From Coriobacteriia bacterium (GTDB lineage: Bacteria > Actinomycetota > Coriobacteriia > Anaerosomatales > JAAXUF01), in the NCBI GenBank assembly GCA_013336165.1, contig JAAXUF010000009.1, forward strand, positions 311 through 64,310: a stretch of DNA of 64,000 nt, read 5' to 3'. This document shows, piece after piece, positions 52,955 to 62,067 of the stretch (position 1 is its first letter; every line of letters begins with the position of its first letter). The notes beneath the pieces are model-generated. The model was not told where the DNA came from, did not search any database, and was given only the letters and a program-made list of their open reading frames with translations. The position numbers and the translations under genes are program-made.

Positions 52955-53869
52955 GTGGAAGACGGTGCCCAAGAGGAGGCTGCAAGTGCCACAGCCGGAT
53001 CGTGCGGCTCATGCAGCGATGCAACATGCTCTGCCAACAAACGCGTGCAAGGTGAGGGAGACAAGGATTTCGAGGACCGGCGTAAGTTGCAGGCGAGGCT
53101 CTGTCGCGTGCAACACAAAGTCGCCGTCCTGTCAGGGAAGGGCGGCGTAGGCAAGAGCACAGTCGCCGTGAACATGGCCGTCGCCTTGATGCTGGCGGGT
53201 AAGCGCGTCGGCCTGCTCGACATAGATATCCACGGCCCGAGCGTTCCAACGATGCTGGGTCTCGAAGGAGCCACCCTTATCGGTTCAGAGGATGGATTGC
53301 TGCCTGTCGATGCGGGCGGGATCAAAGTGATGTCCATCGGTTTCATGCTGCGTAATCACGACGATGCACTCATATGGCGAGGCCCTGTGAAGACAGGGAT
53401 CATCAGGCAGTTCCTTGCCGATGTCGAGTGGGGGGATCTGGACTATCTCATCATCGACACTCCTCCCGGAACGGGAGACGAGTTGCTGTCAATCTGCCAC
53501 ATGATCGGAGATATCGACGGGGCGGTGATAGTCACCACACCACAGAAGGTAGCCTCGGTCGATGTGCGGAAATCCATCACATTCTGTCGGAAGCTTGAGG
53601 TTCCGGTGCTTGGGATCGTGGAGAACATGAGCGGATTCGCTTGTCCTCACTGCGGTGAGGTCACGACAATCCTGAGTTCCGGCGGTGGCCGGGAGATTGC
53701 TCAAGATATGGGTGTCCGATTCTTGGGGGCGATTCCAATGGATCCTCAGATCGCGGACGCATGCGACAGCGGTCGTGCTTTCGTCGAGCACTTCGCCGCA
53801 TCGCCCACAGCGGAGGCGATGCAGGCGGTCATCCGGCCGGTGCTCGAATTGGACCGCGTTGAAGACTAA
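52955..53869 (+). CDS. Mrp/NBP35/ApbC-family Fe-S cluster carrier ATPase
   Basis: VLSGKGGVGKST, DLDYLIIDTPPGTGDE, and the bridging-cluster CPHCG motif. Cys-rich N-terminus GSCGSCSDATCS. GTG start with AAGGAGG upstream. Confidence 0.85.
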   Translation: MEDGAQEEAASATAGSCGSCSDATCSANKRVQGEGDKDFEDRRKLQARLCRVQHKVAVLSGKGGVGKSTVAVNMAVALMLAGKRVGLLDIDIHGPSVPTMLGLEGATLIGSEDGLLPVDAGGIKVMSIGFMLRNHDDALIWRGPVKTGIIRQFLADVEWGDLDYLIIDTPPGTGDELLSICHMIGDIDGAVIVTTPQKVASVDVRKSITFCRKLEVPVLGIVENMSGFACPHCGEVTTILSSGGGREIAQDMGVRFLGAIPMDPQIADACDSGRAFVEHFAASPTAEAMQAVIRPVLELDRVED

Positions 53870-53931
53870 GAGAGCCGACAGACGTGCAGGAGCAACGTGG
53901 CCGTGGCACATGAGCGGCCGCAATCAACGGA

Positions 53932-54327
53932 GTGAATGAAGGAATGGAGCGGATGATGCAGAGAGAGCGACCTTCTGTCGACGCGTGGCTTGCCGAAGTC
54001 AAAACTGGACCTGAAGCGCCGGGTGTTGGCATGTGCCTCATACACAACGGTATTGTGAGGGGAACCTCCCGGAGTGGCGCTGTCGTCACAGGGATGGAGT
54101 TGTCGTACAACCCGGATCGCCTCGGTGAGGTGATTGAACAGGTCTCGCATATGGATGGCGTTGCGTATGTGCGCGCATGGGTGAACAGCGGCACGCTTCA
54201 GGTGGGCGACGACATCATGTACGCGCTGGTGGCTGGAGACATCCGAGAGCACGTGTTCGGGGCGCTTCAGGAACTGGTGCGCAAGATCAAGACCGAGGTT
54301 GTCGACGAGATGGAGAACCGCGCGTAG
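53932..54327 (+). CDS. MoaE-like (molybdopterin synthase large-subunit fold) protein
   Basis: G....IHNGIVRG......V.GMELSY...........HMDGV.YVRAWVNSGTLQVGDDIMYALVAGDIREHVF resembles the MoaE pattern (F.G.VR...V..L.YE.Y...HR.G.L.VGE...V.V...HR..AF). Start is uncertain. Confidence 0.5.
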   Translation: MNEGMERMMQRERPSVDAWLAEVKTGPEAPGVGMCLIHNGIVRGTSRSGAVVTGMELSYNPDRLGEVIEQVSHMDGVAYVRAWVNSGTLQVGDDIMYALVAGDIREHVFGALQELVRKIKTEVVDEMENRA

Positions 54328-54352
54328 GCTCCGATGCTCACCACCGCGTTCT

Positions 54353-55375
54353 TCATCCGAAGAACTCGGTATCGATGCAATCGAGGAATTCGGGTGCGAG
54401 ATACGCCTTGATCTTTTCGTAGGTGTACTCGTTGCGCAGTGTGCGCCGCGGGTCTTGGTACTCGACGTATGCCATCGCACACCAGGCAATGCCGCGCAGA
54501 CAGGTGATGGACAGATACTGTTCGAAGCGCGATTCGAGCGCATGGGTGGAGAAACGTCCGTTGACCGCGGTGCAGTACAGGCCGAGGAACTCGGCCATCT
54601 GTTCGCGAGTCAGGACGGTCTCGGTCTTCCACAGCGTCGTCGTGGGAGCGAGAAAGTGAGCTATGTCCTGCGCTACATCGCCTAGGATGGGCTTCTCCCA
54701 GTCGACCAGATAGTTGGGTCGGGCCGGCCCGTTGACGAGGAAGTTCGCCGCATTGAGTTCCGTGTTGACGACATGCCGCTCCGTCTCGGGAATGCCATGG
54801 CCAGTTGCCATGTGCGCGAGTCGGCCGGCCTTCTTCGCGAGCTGTTCGAGTGCTGCCGAGATGTGCGGAGTCGCGAAGGGCGAGTCCGTGTAGACGGCGA
54901 GCATGTCACGACTCTCTTGGACTATCGCGTCAGGGAGGTCTTCAGGACGCACGAGGTGGCACTCGGCCGGCACGGGCACGCTGTGCACGTCGGCAAGGAT
55001 TTCGGCTGCCAGCACGATGCCCGTCTCGTACACGAGCGGCCTGCCGGGCAGGAACTCCATCACAAGCACGCCATACGGCAGACGCGAACGTGATCCGTCC
55101 ACGTAGTAAGCATGTGGCGTGCGGCCACTGTGTTCCAGCAGCTGTAGCGCCTTGAATTCGTAACCGATCTGGTCGTCCAGATGCATCTGGCTACCCATAT
55201 TGACGCGCAGCACAAGATGTTGGCCGCTCACTGGATGCGTGAACTTGAAATTCGCGTTGTATTCGCCTTGTCCGATCGGCGTGAGAGGGAGTTCGACACC
55301 GACTGGAATGCCGAGAGCAACTCGCAAGTCGGCGGCGTCGCGCAGGTATTCCTCCAACTCCAATGTGGAGATCAC
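54353..55375 (-). CDS. Phosphotransferase (APH / choline-kinase fold) family protein
   Basis: N-lobe G.GEYNANF, catalytic region ...NTELNAANFLV (H.D....N-like) and DWEKP.LGDVAQDIAHF. Confidence 0.75.
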   Translation of the reverse strand: MISTLELEEYLRDAADLRVALGIPVGVELPLTPIGQGEYNANFKFTHPVSGQHLVLRVNMGSQMHLDDQIGYEFKALQLLEHSGRTPHAYYVDGSRSRLPYGVLVMEFLPGRPLVYETGIVLAAEILADVHSVPVPAECHLVRPEDLPDAIVQESRDMLAVYTDSPFATPHISAALEQLAKKAGRLAHMATGHGIPETERHVVNTELNAANFLVNGPARPNYLVDWEKPILGDVAQDIAHFLAPTTTLWKTETVLTREQMAEFLGLYCTAVNGRFSTHALESRFEQYLSITCLRGIAWCAMAYVEYQDPRRTLRNEYTYEKIKAYLAPEFLDCIDTEFFG

Positions 55376-56463
55376 TCTGAGACCCCCTCGGCCACGCTGT
55401 CTCTTTCAACGAAGAAGTCAGTCACGGGGCCGGTGCCCGCGCCCGCATCCGAATATACGAACAAGGACCCGTTCTCGATATGCAGGTCCACACGCTGGCC
55501 GGGGGCGAAAGCAACGAGTGATCGTGCGGTCAGCGTGTTTTCACCCGTGGTGACCCGCACCATGTAACCATCACCGCAATACGTGGAGCTGATGACCTCC
55601 AGCACCCCATCAGGCTTAAGCCGCACACCCCTATGACGAACAACAGCAGTGGCAGGGCCGTTGGCCGAGCAGGCCGTGCCGCAGGCTCCCATGCAGGGGA
55701 CCACCAGCTCGTTCGCGCGAAACGCTCCATTGACAATCGCGCCATTGAACACAGTGCAGTCACCAAAGCAGCTTGCCACCTCTGCCGACGCGGGATGTTC
55801 ATAGAGGTCGATCGGTGCACCGTACTGCACGATCGCGCCGTCATGCATGTAGACGATATGGTCGGACACCATGAGCGCCTCAGTGGCGTCGTGTGTAACC
55901 AGCACTGTGGTGATGCCGAGTTTGCGGTGCAGATCCACGACGAGATGCTGCATCTCGGCTCGCAGACTCTCGTCCATACCCGAGAATGGTTCGTCGAGCA
56001 GGAGCAAGCGAGGTTGTGCCGCGAGCGCCCGAGCGAGGGCCACGCGTTGTTGCTGACCACCCGAGACTTCATGGACGCCGCGTCGGCCCAGTCCCTCAAG
56101 ATGCATCAGCCCAAGCAACTCATGTGCGATTTCAAGTCGTCTTGTGCGAGGCATGCCCTGCATCTTCAGCGGGAAGGCGATGTTGTCCTCAAGACTCATG
56201 TTTGGGAAGAGACGGACGTCCTGAAAGACCACGGAGGCACGGCGCTGGTGCGCCGGGACGTCGTTCACGGGTTGGCCATCGATCTCGATCGTACCGGCAT
56301 CCGGGTACAGGATTCCGGAGATCAACTTGAGTGTCGTGCTCTTGCCCGCCCCTGATGCCCCTAGTATGGAGACAAACTCGCCATCGGCCACATCGAATGA
56401 GATGCCGTGCAGGATACGTCTGCCGTCAATTGTGAGTTCGAGATCGCGAACCACGAGACCCAT
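55372..56463 (-). CDS. ABC transporter ATP-binding protein (PotA/FbpC-like with C-terminal TOBE domain)
   Basis: GASGAGKST, the signature motif VSGGQQQRVALARAL, and LLLDEPFS. Confidence 0.9.
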   Translation of the reverse strand: MGLVVRDLELTIDGRRILHGISFDVADGEFVSILGASGAGKSTTLKLISGILYPDAGTIEIDGQPVNDVPAHQRRASVVFQDVRLFPNMSLEDNIAFPLKMQGMPRTRRLEIAHELLGLMHLEGLGRRGVHEVSGGQQQRVALARALAAQPRLLLLDEPFSGMDESLRAEMQHLVVDLHRKLGITTVLVTHDATEALMVSDHIVYMHDGAIVQYGAPIDLYEHPASAEVASCFGDCTVFNGAIVNGAFRANELVVPCMGACGTACSANGPATAVVRHRGVRLKPDGVLEVISSTYCGDGYMVRVTTGENTLTARSLVAFAPGQRVDLHIENGSLFVYSDAGAGTGPVTDFFVERDSVAEGVSE

Positions 56464-56474
56464 GACAAACCTTT

Positions 56475-57305
56475 CTAGAGGAAGAGACTCCTGGTCTCAC
56501 GCATGCCGAGTTTCTTGAGAATCCACTCGAACAGCAGGAAGACCGCGAATGTGGAGACCAGAAACACGAGGCTGTAGGAAGCAGCGATGGTGCGGTCGCC
56601 GGACGACAGGAAGGGAAACATCACTACGGCAAACGTCTTCATGGAGCCACCGCCAACAAGCAACGTGAGGAAGTACTGACTAAACGACACGATATAGGCC
56701 ATCGAAGCCGAAGCCAAGATGCCCGGAAGCAGCGATGGCACTGTGACATGCACGAGCGTCTGCCGGCGCGAGGCGCCCAGCACGCGTGACTGCTCTTCGA
56801 GTCGGGGGCCTGCCGCCGCCATCACGTCGGTCATGATGCCAATTGCGTATGGCAGTGCAACAACGGTATGCGCGATGATGACGCCCAGCATCGTCCCGCC
56901 CAGCCCAACGCGCAGAAACGCCACCTGAATACCCATCGCGAACACCGCAGCCGGCACGATGAACGGCAGGATCGTTGCAAAGCGGAAAAGGTCCTTACCG
57001 AGAAACTCGTAGAAGACGAGTGCTCGTGCCGAAAGCGACGCGATCACGATGCAGAGGACCGAAACCGCGACGGCAATGAGGATGCTGCGGGCCAAGACAC
57101 CGCCGATCGGGGCATGCCCATTGAATATTTCGGCGAGTCCGCGGGTGGAGAGTGCCGAGGGAAGCAGGTTTGGCCAGGGCCACCGGTCGACGAAAGCCCA
57201 CACCGCAATGGTTGAGAGCGGGACGAACACGACCAGCAGGTAGATGCCGAAGAAGACTCGCATGGCGCGAGAGTATCGGCGAGCGGATGGCGACTGGGCG
57301 GGCAT
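56475..57305 (-). CDS. ABC transporter permease
   Basis: Six transmembrane helices and an EAA-like loop (...EEQSRVLGASRRQTLVHVTVP). Start chosen downstream of the preceding permease stop. Confidence 0.8.
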   Translation of the reverse strand: MPAQSPSARRYSRAMRVFFGIYLLVVFVPLSTIAVWAFVDRWPWPNLLPSALSTRGLAEIFNGHAPIGGVLARSILIAVAVSVLCIVIASLSARALVFYEFLGKDLFRFATILPFIVPAAVFAMGIQVAFLRVGLGGTMLGVIIAHTVVALPYAIGIMTDVMAAAGPRLEEQSRVLGASRRQTLVHVTVPSLLPGILASASMAYIVSFSQYFLTLLVGGGSMKTFAVVMFPFLSSGDRTIAASYSLVFLVSTFAVFLLFEWILKKLGMRETRSLFL

Positions 57306-57310
57306 TCGCG

Positions 57311-58225
57311 TCACCGGCCCCTTCGCTCTCGTTGGATGATGCGCAAGTACAGCCATGCGAGAATGAGTGTGATGAACGACATGATCCCGTTGAGCGCCAT
57401 CGCATGGGCGCGGTCAAGCAGCTCCGGACTGCTGTACTCGATGTAGGCGAGTACAGGCAAGGCACGCGGCAGCGTCGAACCCAACAAAAGCGGCACCTCG
57501 TATGAGCCGAAGGCGAACGCGAAGACGATCAGGAACGACTTTGCTATTGCAGGAGAACTCAAAGGAACAGTGACCGCGAAGAACGTTCGCAGTGGTGAGG
57601 CACCTAGACTCGAAGCGGCCTCGGAGAAACGGTCGCTGATACTTCCCATGATGGCAAACGTGGAAAACGCGACAAATGGAATCTCCTTCCAGAGATACAC
57701 AAGGATGATTGCCCACCCTTGTGAGGAGCCCACCACCGTTGGGAAATCGGCTTGTGAGCCGATCACGCCGATCGAATTGAGTACGCGCGCCAGTAGACCG
57801 CTACCGCTGAAGAGGGAGATTACCGACAGCGCCACGACCGTATGCGCAGTCATGATCGGAATCTGAACGCTTGCGAGACGTCCAGTGCGCCCTACGCGAA
57901 GGCGCGTAATGACTGCCGAGAGGGTCACGCCTCCCATTGTGGCGAGCACGGACGATGCGGCGGCAACGTACAGACTGAAGAGGATCGACGAGATCAGATC
58001 GGAACGGGTGAGGGCCTCGGTGTAGTACTCAAGCGTCGGCGTGGTCAGGCCGAGATAGGGCATAATACCGAAACCTTGGAGGATCCCGTTCAGCACTCCA
58101 TATGCGAAGAGTAAGGCCAGCAGCATGGCAGGCAGAATGAGCAGGTAGGGAGCGAGACAAGAGCGCGACGTGGCCAATAAGCGCGGCCTGCGGCCAGCGG
58201 AACCCCGCTCATTGTCTTGAAGCAC
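57311..58225 (-). CDS. ABC transporter permease
   Basis: Six transmembrane helices and an EAA loop (FSEAASSLGASPLRTFFAVTVP). Confidence 0.85.
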   Translation of the reverse strand: MLQDNERGSAGRRPRLLATSRSCLAPYLLILPAMLLALLFAYGVLNGILQGFGIMPYLGLTTPTLEYYTEALTRSDLISSILFSLYVAAASSVLATMGGVTLSAVITRLRVGRTGRLASVQIPIMTAHTVVALSVISLFSGSGLLARVLNSIGVIGSQADFPTVVGSSQGWAIILVYLWKEIPFVAFSTFAIMGSISDRFSEAASSLGASPLRTFFAVTVPLSSPAIAKSFLIVFAFAFGSYEVPLLLGSTLPRALPVLAYIEYSSPELLDRAHAMALNGIMSFITLILAWLYLRIIQRERRGR

Positions 58226-58292
58226 TGTTCTCTCCTCCTCCGATCACCGGCTCCGGGTGTGTCGCAGCACTCATGCCGCGAGCAGTTTGCGA

Positions 58293-59576
58293 TTATTTGC
58301 CGACGACCTCGGATGTCCAAAGCTTCTCAATGAGAGTGATGACTCCGCCGGAGACCTCGGGAAGTCGATGAGCAAGGAGTTCGGAGAGAGAAAGAGTTCC
58401 CTTGCCGAGGCTCACGGACTTGAAGGCCGCCTGCGTGTTCGAATCGACTTTGGAAACGTCAAGGACGGTGACCGTCTTGAGAGTCTCGTATTGTGAAAGC
58501 TGAATCTTTGGAGAGAGAATCTCGTTGATGGCGACCAACGCGGCGGCCTTATGGGGTGCGTTTTTTGCGATGGCCATGAAGTTCGTGTTTCCAACTGTGC
58601 CCTCGCGCAAGATGAACGATTGAGTGGTGTCGGGAATGAGGCCGGATTTGACGTCGTTGATCCAGCCGAACGGGTCGTAGGTCATATGGAGAACCAACTC
58701 GCCATCCTGAAACATCGTGTAGACGGTGCCCGAGTCGGCCGGAAATGTTGTGCCGTTTTTCCAGAGGTAGGGGTTGAGGCTGCGGAGGTACTTCAAGCCC
58801 GGTTCGACAAGATCGCGGATGGCCTTCTCGTCGTTTGCGTTCATCGCAGTGAGTTTCTTCCATTGGTCGGCGCCCATAGCGCTTGCTAGGAGACAGGAGA
58901 TGAATGCGGTACCCGTGAAGTCGCCGGCGGCAGGGTAGGTCACTCTTCCTTTGTTCGCTTTGCAGAAGGTGAAGAAATCGGCGGCCGTTGACGGGGGAGT
59001 GGGTGTCTTCTTGATGTCGACGAGCAAGACCATCTGCGCCTTGCCGTAGGGTGCTTCATAGCCGTTGTTGGGCTTGCCGAAGTCGTAGGTGATCTCGGTG
59101 TTCGCGTCAACGTAGTCTCTGAAATTGGGCAGCCTCTGGCAGAATGGCCCGTAGAGGTAGCCATTCTGCATGGTCGAGTAGAAGTTCTCACCGTTGATCC
59201 AGATGAAGTCGATCGAACCCTCCTTGGCGCCTGCCTGCATCTCGCCGGAGAGCTGCGTCAGGACATCATTGATGCCCATTGGAACGCGCTTGAGCGTGAT
59301 GTCGTAGTCCTTCTTGAGGGCGTCAGTAACCGTCGTGTCGAGCCACTTGTTGCGGTTCTCATCGCCGCCCCAACCGTAGAACGAGACGCTCTTGCCCTTG
59401 GCTTCCGCGACGATGGCGCTCCAATCGGCGTTGTCGATGTTGAAAGCGGCCGAGCCGGAATCGCCCGATTTCGCGGCGCAACCCCACAGAGCGCCGCTCG
59501 ATAGGGCTGCAACACCCGTGAGTCCTGCGAATTCGACGAACTGGCGACGCGTAAGCGGCCGGTTTCTGAGTTCCAT
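58293..59576 (-). CDS. ABC transporter substrate-binding lipoprotein (YnjB-like), Tat-type signal
   Basis: RRQFVEFAGLTGVAALSSGALWGC has twin-Arg plus a lipobox. FYGWGGDENRNKW...GSIDFIWINGENF pattern. Confidence 0.85.
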   Translation of the reverse strand: MELRNRPLTRRQFVEFAGLTGVAALSSGALWGCAAKSGDSGSAAFNIDNADWSAIVAEAKGKSVSFYGWGGDENRNKWLDTTVTDALKKDYDITLKRVPMGINDVLTQLSGEMQAGAKEGSIDFIWINGENFYSTMQNGYLYGPFCQRLPNFRDYVDANTEITYDFGKPNNGYEAPYGKAQMVLLVDIKKTPTPPSTAADFFTFCKANKGRVTYPAAGDFTGTAFISCLLASAMGADQWKKLTAMNANDEKAIRDLVEPGLKYLRSLNPYLWKNGTTFPADSGTVYTMFQDGELVLHMTYDPFGWINDVKSGLIPDTTQSFILREGTVGNTNFMAIAKNAPHKAAALVAINEILSPKIQLSQYETLKTVTVLDVSKVDSNTQAAFKSVSLGKGTLSLSELLAHRLPEVSGGVITLIEKLWTSEVVGK

Positions 59577-59804
59577 GCGATGCTTCTCCTTCGTGGTTTG
59601 TCTTCCTGGCCCTATCGGCGTGATGCAAGCAGGTTGGCAGTGCCATTTTCGCTGTCGCCACCATGGGACTACTATAAGACATAGTCCACTAGTAGAGATA
59701 CACTACTAACATCACGATTTCGAGAATCTCGGATGGCAATCTATGTCCTTGCGCATGGTGGGACACTCGCATCTACGAACTCGCGCGAAAGGGGAAACGC
59801 CGCA

Positions 59805-60710
59805 ATGTCCTACGGTCCCAAGCGTGTCATCTTCGACTTCGACAACACCATGGGCATTCCTGGATGCGATATCGACGATGGCTTGGCACTTCTCTTCCTC
59901 CTCGGCCACCCTGAACTCGCTACGGTCATTGGCGCCACGACTGCCTACGGCAACAACCTCGTTGACACCGTGTACGCCAATACCCAACTCATGTTCGGCG
60001 AGTTGGGTCTCAGCATTCCCGTCTTTCGCGGTTGTCAGGACGCAAGCCATCCGACGAGCGATGCCTCCGAGTACCTCGCGCGAACGGTTGCAGCAAATCC
60101 CGGTGAGGTGTCGATCGTGGCGACAGGCTCCCTGACCAACCTGCGAGGTGCTCAGCTAATCGATCCCGGCTTCTTGCACAATGTTCGCGAGATCGTTCTT
60201 ATGGGTGGTATCACGCAAACACTCGTCTTTGACGGCATCGTCATGGACGAACTCAACTTTGCCTGCGATCCCGTTGCGACGGAACTCGTGCTCTCAAAGG
60301 GGAGGAATGTGAGCGTCGCGACGGGCAACAACTGCTTAAAAGCGTTCTTCGCCGCCGAGGAGTTCGAGAGACGCTTCGCACCTTCAGCCGAAAACCCCGC
60401 CGGGAGCTATCTCTGGAGCAAATGCCGTTACTGGTTCCGCGATATGAGCGAACGGTACCATCTCGGCGGTTTCCACTGCTGGGATGTTGTTTCTGCAGCC
60501 TATCTTGTGAAGCCGGAACTCTTTGATGACGATGTGCACGACGTCGCGATGTCCGAGCGAGCGCTGAGCATTGGCTACCTCGAGCCCGCGTTCTCAGGAG
60601 TGCCGCACGCGCTCGTGAACGAGCCTGTGATACGAAGTGAGCAAGAATTCGTCGGGACAGTCTACGCAGCGTGGGAGCGCGCTCTTGGGCTGCTCGCCGC
60701 CGAGGTCTAG
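59805..60710 (+). CDS. Nucleoside hydrolase (IU-NH family)
   Basis: VIFDFDNTMGIPGCDIDDGLAL is a DxDxxxDD-type Ca/ribose-binding motif variant. RBS GAAAGGGG. Confidence 0.8.
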   Translation: MSYGPKRVIFDFDNTMGIPGCDIDDGLALLFLLGHPELATVIGATTAYGNNLVDTVYANTQLMFGELGLSIPVFRGCQDASHPTSDASEYLARTVAANPGEVSIVATGSLTNLRGAQLIDPGFLHNVREIVLMGGITQTLVFDGIVMDELNFACDPVATELVLSKGRNVSVATGNNCLKAFFAAEEFERRFAPSAENPAGSYLWSKCRYWFRDMSERYHLGGFHCWDVVSAAYLVKPELFDDDVHDVAMSERALSIGYLEPAFSGVPHALVNEPVIRSEQEFVGTVYAAWERALGLLAAEV

Positions 60711-61129
60711 TCCGCAGCGACTACCTGATTCTTCGCCTGGGCGGTTCGAAGCATGCTGATAAGCTCACCGACGGCTGCCCGATAGCAGGTGAGGGTGTCG
60801 ACCCAGCGCGCCATGCAGGCGCACCCGCTGTCCGTCAGATGGAAGAGCTTCTTGGCGGGACCCGACTCCGACGTGTTCCAGACTGAATCAACGTATCCGA
60901 GTTCCTCCATCTGGCGAAGGGAGCGGTAGACGCCCGTGGCATCAGGCTTCTGGCCTCCGAACATCGGAGATTCAGCCAAGAGTTGCACAATCGCGTAGCC
61001 ATGGAGATCCTCGTCGGCCAGAATGCTCAGAATGGCCGGCTGTACGAGCCGATCGAGGGTCTTTCCCGTACAGCAGCATTCCCGGAACTCGTTGTCGGAC
61101 TTGGGTGCACAGATCGGCATGTACTGCAT
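60707..61129 (-). CDS. PadR-family regulator with Cys-rich N-terminal extension
   Basis: ECCCTGKTLDRLVQPAILSILADEDLHGYAI...GVYRSLRQMEELGY. Its stop codon overlaps the nucleoside hydrolase stop codon by 4 nt (convergent genes). Confidence 0.8.
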   Translation of the reverse strand: MQYMPICAPKSDNEFRECCCTGKTLDRLVQPAILSILADEDLHGYAIVQLLAESPMFGGQKPDATGVYRSLRQMEELGYVDSVWNTSESGPAKKLFHLTDSGCACMARWVDTLTCYRAAVGELISMLRTAQAKNQVVAAD

Positions 61130-61248
61130 CTCCAGAATTCAACAGACGAAGCAAATCGCTTGGGTGTTTGCTTCCGATTTCCTTGTTGGTTTGAGCCGCT
61201 TCAGAATACTCCATTTGGTGAAGACGTTGCCGAGTGGGTGGTAGCACC

Positions 61249-61277
61249 TTGAAGTATTGCCGTGTGTTCTGTAGATT
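61249..61277 (+). promoter_or_regulatory. Candidate promoter for the tRNA cluster
   Basis: TTGAAG-N17-TAGATT, about 49 nt upstream of tRNA-Gly. Confidence 0.3.
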
Positions 61278-61325
61278 GTTCAGGCTACGAAGCGCGAATC
61301 ATGTGATCCACGCTTCGAACTGTCT

Positions 61326-61401
<76 letters not shown>

Positions 61402-61470
61402 TTGACAACTAGCGTCGCCAAAGGGTACCGTACCGCTTCGCGGCACAAGCCTAGAAGGACGGCGTCATAT

Positions 61471-61547
61471 GCGCCCGTAGCTCAGCTGGATAGAGCGGGA
61501 GACTTCTAATCTCTAGGTCGGGGGTTCAAATCCCTCCGGGCGTGCCA
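61471..61547 (+). tRNA. tRNA-Arg (anticodon TCT)
   Basis: GCGCCCGTAGCTCAGCTGGATAGAGC D-arm, anticodon loop CTTCTAA, T-arm GGTTCAAATCC, encoded CCA. Confidence 0.9.
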
Positions 61548-61556
61548 GCCACTCAT

Positions 61557-61633
61557 GGTGGATGTAGCTCAGTTGGCAGAGCGCCGGACTGTGGCTCCGG
61601 AGGTCGCGGGTTCGAGCCCCGTTATCCACCCCA
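61557..61633 (+). tRNA. tRNA-His (anticodon GTG)
   Basis: Extra 5' G(-1) opposite discriminator C, anticodon loop CTGTGGC, T-arm GGTTCGAGCCC, encoded CCA. Confidence 0.9.
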
Positions 61634-61683
61634 AGAGTTGATTTCGCGCTTTGAGGCGGTCACTCGTCGAAGGCGTTGCATAC

Positions 61684-61759
61684 GGGCCGCTAGCTCAGTT
61701 GGTAGAGCAGGGGACTCTTAATCCCAAGGTCCGGGGTTCGACCCCCCGGCGGCCCACCA
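61684..61759 (+). tRNA. tRNA-Lys (anticodon CTT)
   Basis: Acceptor GGGCCGC/GCGGCCC, anticodon loop CTCTTAA, T-arm GGTTCGACCCC, encoded CCA. Confidence 0.9.
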
Positions 61760-61773
61760 CCGTATTTGATGAA

Positions 61774-61802
61774 AGCAGGCTCCCCAAGGGGCCTGCTTTT
61801 TG
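61774..61802 (+). terminator. Rho-independent terminator after tRNA-Lys
   Basis: AGCAGGC / GCCTGCT stem followed by TTTTT. Confidence 0.65.
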
Positions 61803-61932
61803 GTTCGGGCCTGCGCTCTCCGCGGTTCTTCGACTTGCACTCTCGAATGCGATGCTCGGCACTCGCGAGTTGCCCCGGAGTTCACGGGGGGTGATTCGGC
61901 GGTTTATTTGCTATAGTGTTGAGCCGTTCTGC

Positions 61933-62016
61933 GCGGGCGTGGCGGAATGGCAGACGCGCCGGATTTAGGTTCCGGTGAGGAGACTCGTGGAGGTTCAAGT
62001 CCTCTCGCCCGCACCA
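61933..62016 (+). tRNA. tRNA-Leu (anticodon TAG)
   Basis: Long variable arm. Acceptor GCGGGCG/CGCCCGC, anticodon loop TTTAGGT, T-arm GGTTCAAGTCC, encoded CCA. Confidence 0.9.
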
Positions 62017-62067
62017 GATGACTTATCGCCGGTCGGCCAGGGTCGACGAAACAAGAAGGGATCACTC

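Noticed and set aside
61651-61968. 105-aa + strand ORF
   Set aside because: It is composed of tRNA-Lys, a terminator hairpin and the 5' part of tRNA-Leu read as protein.
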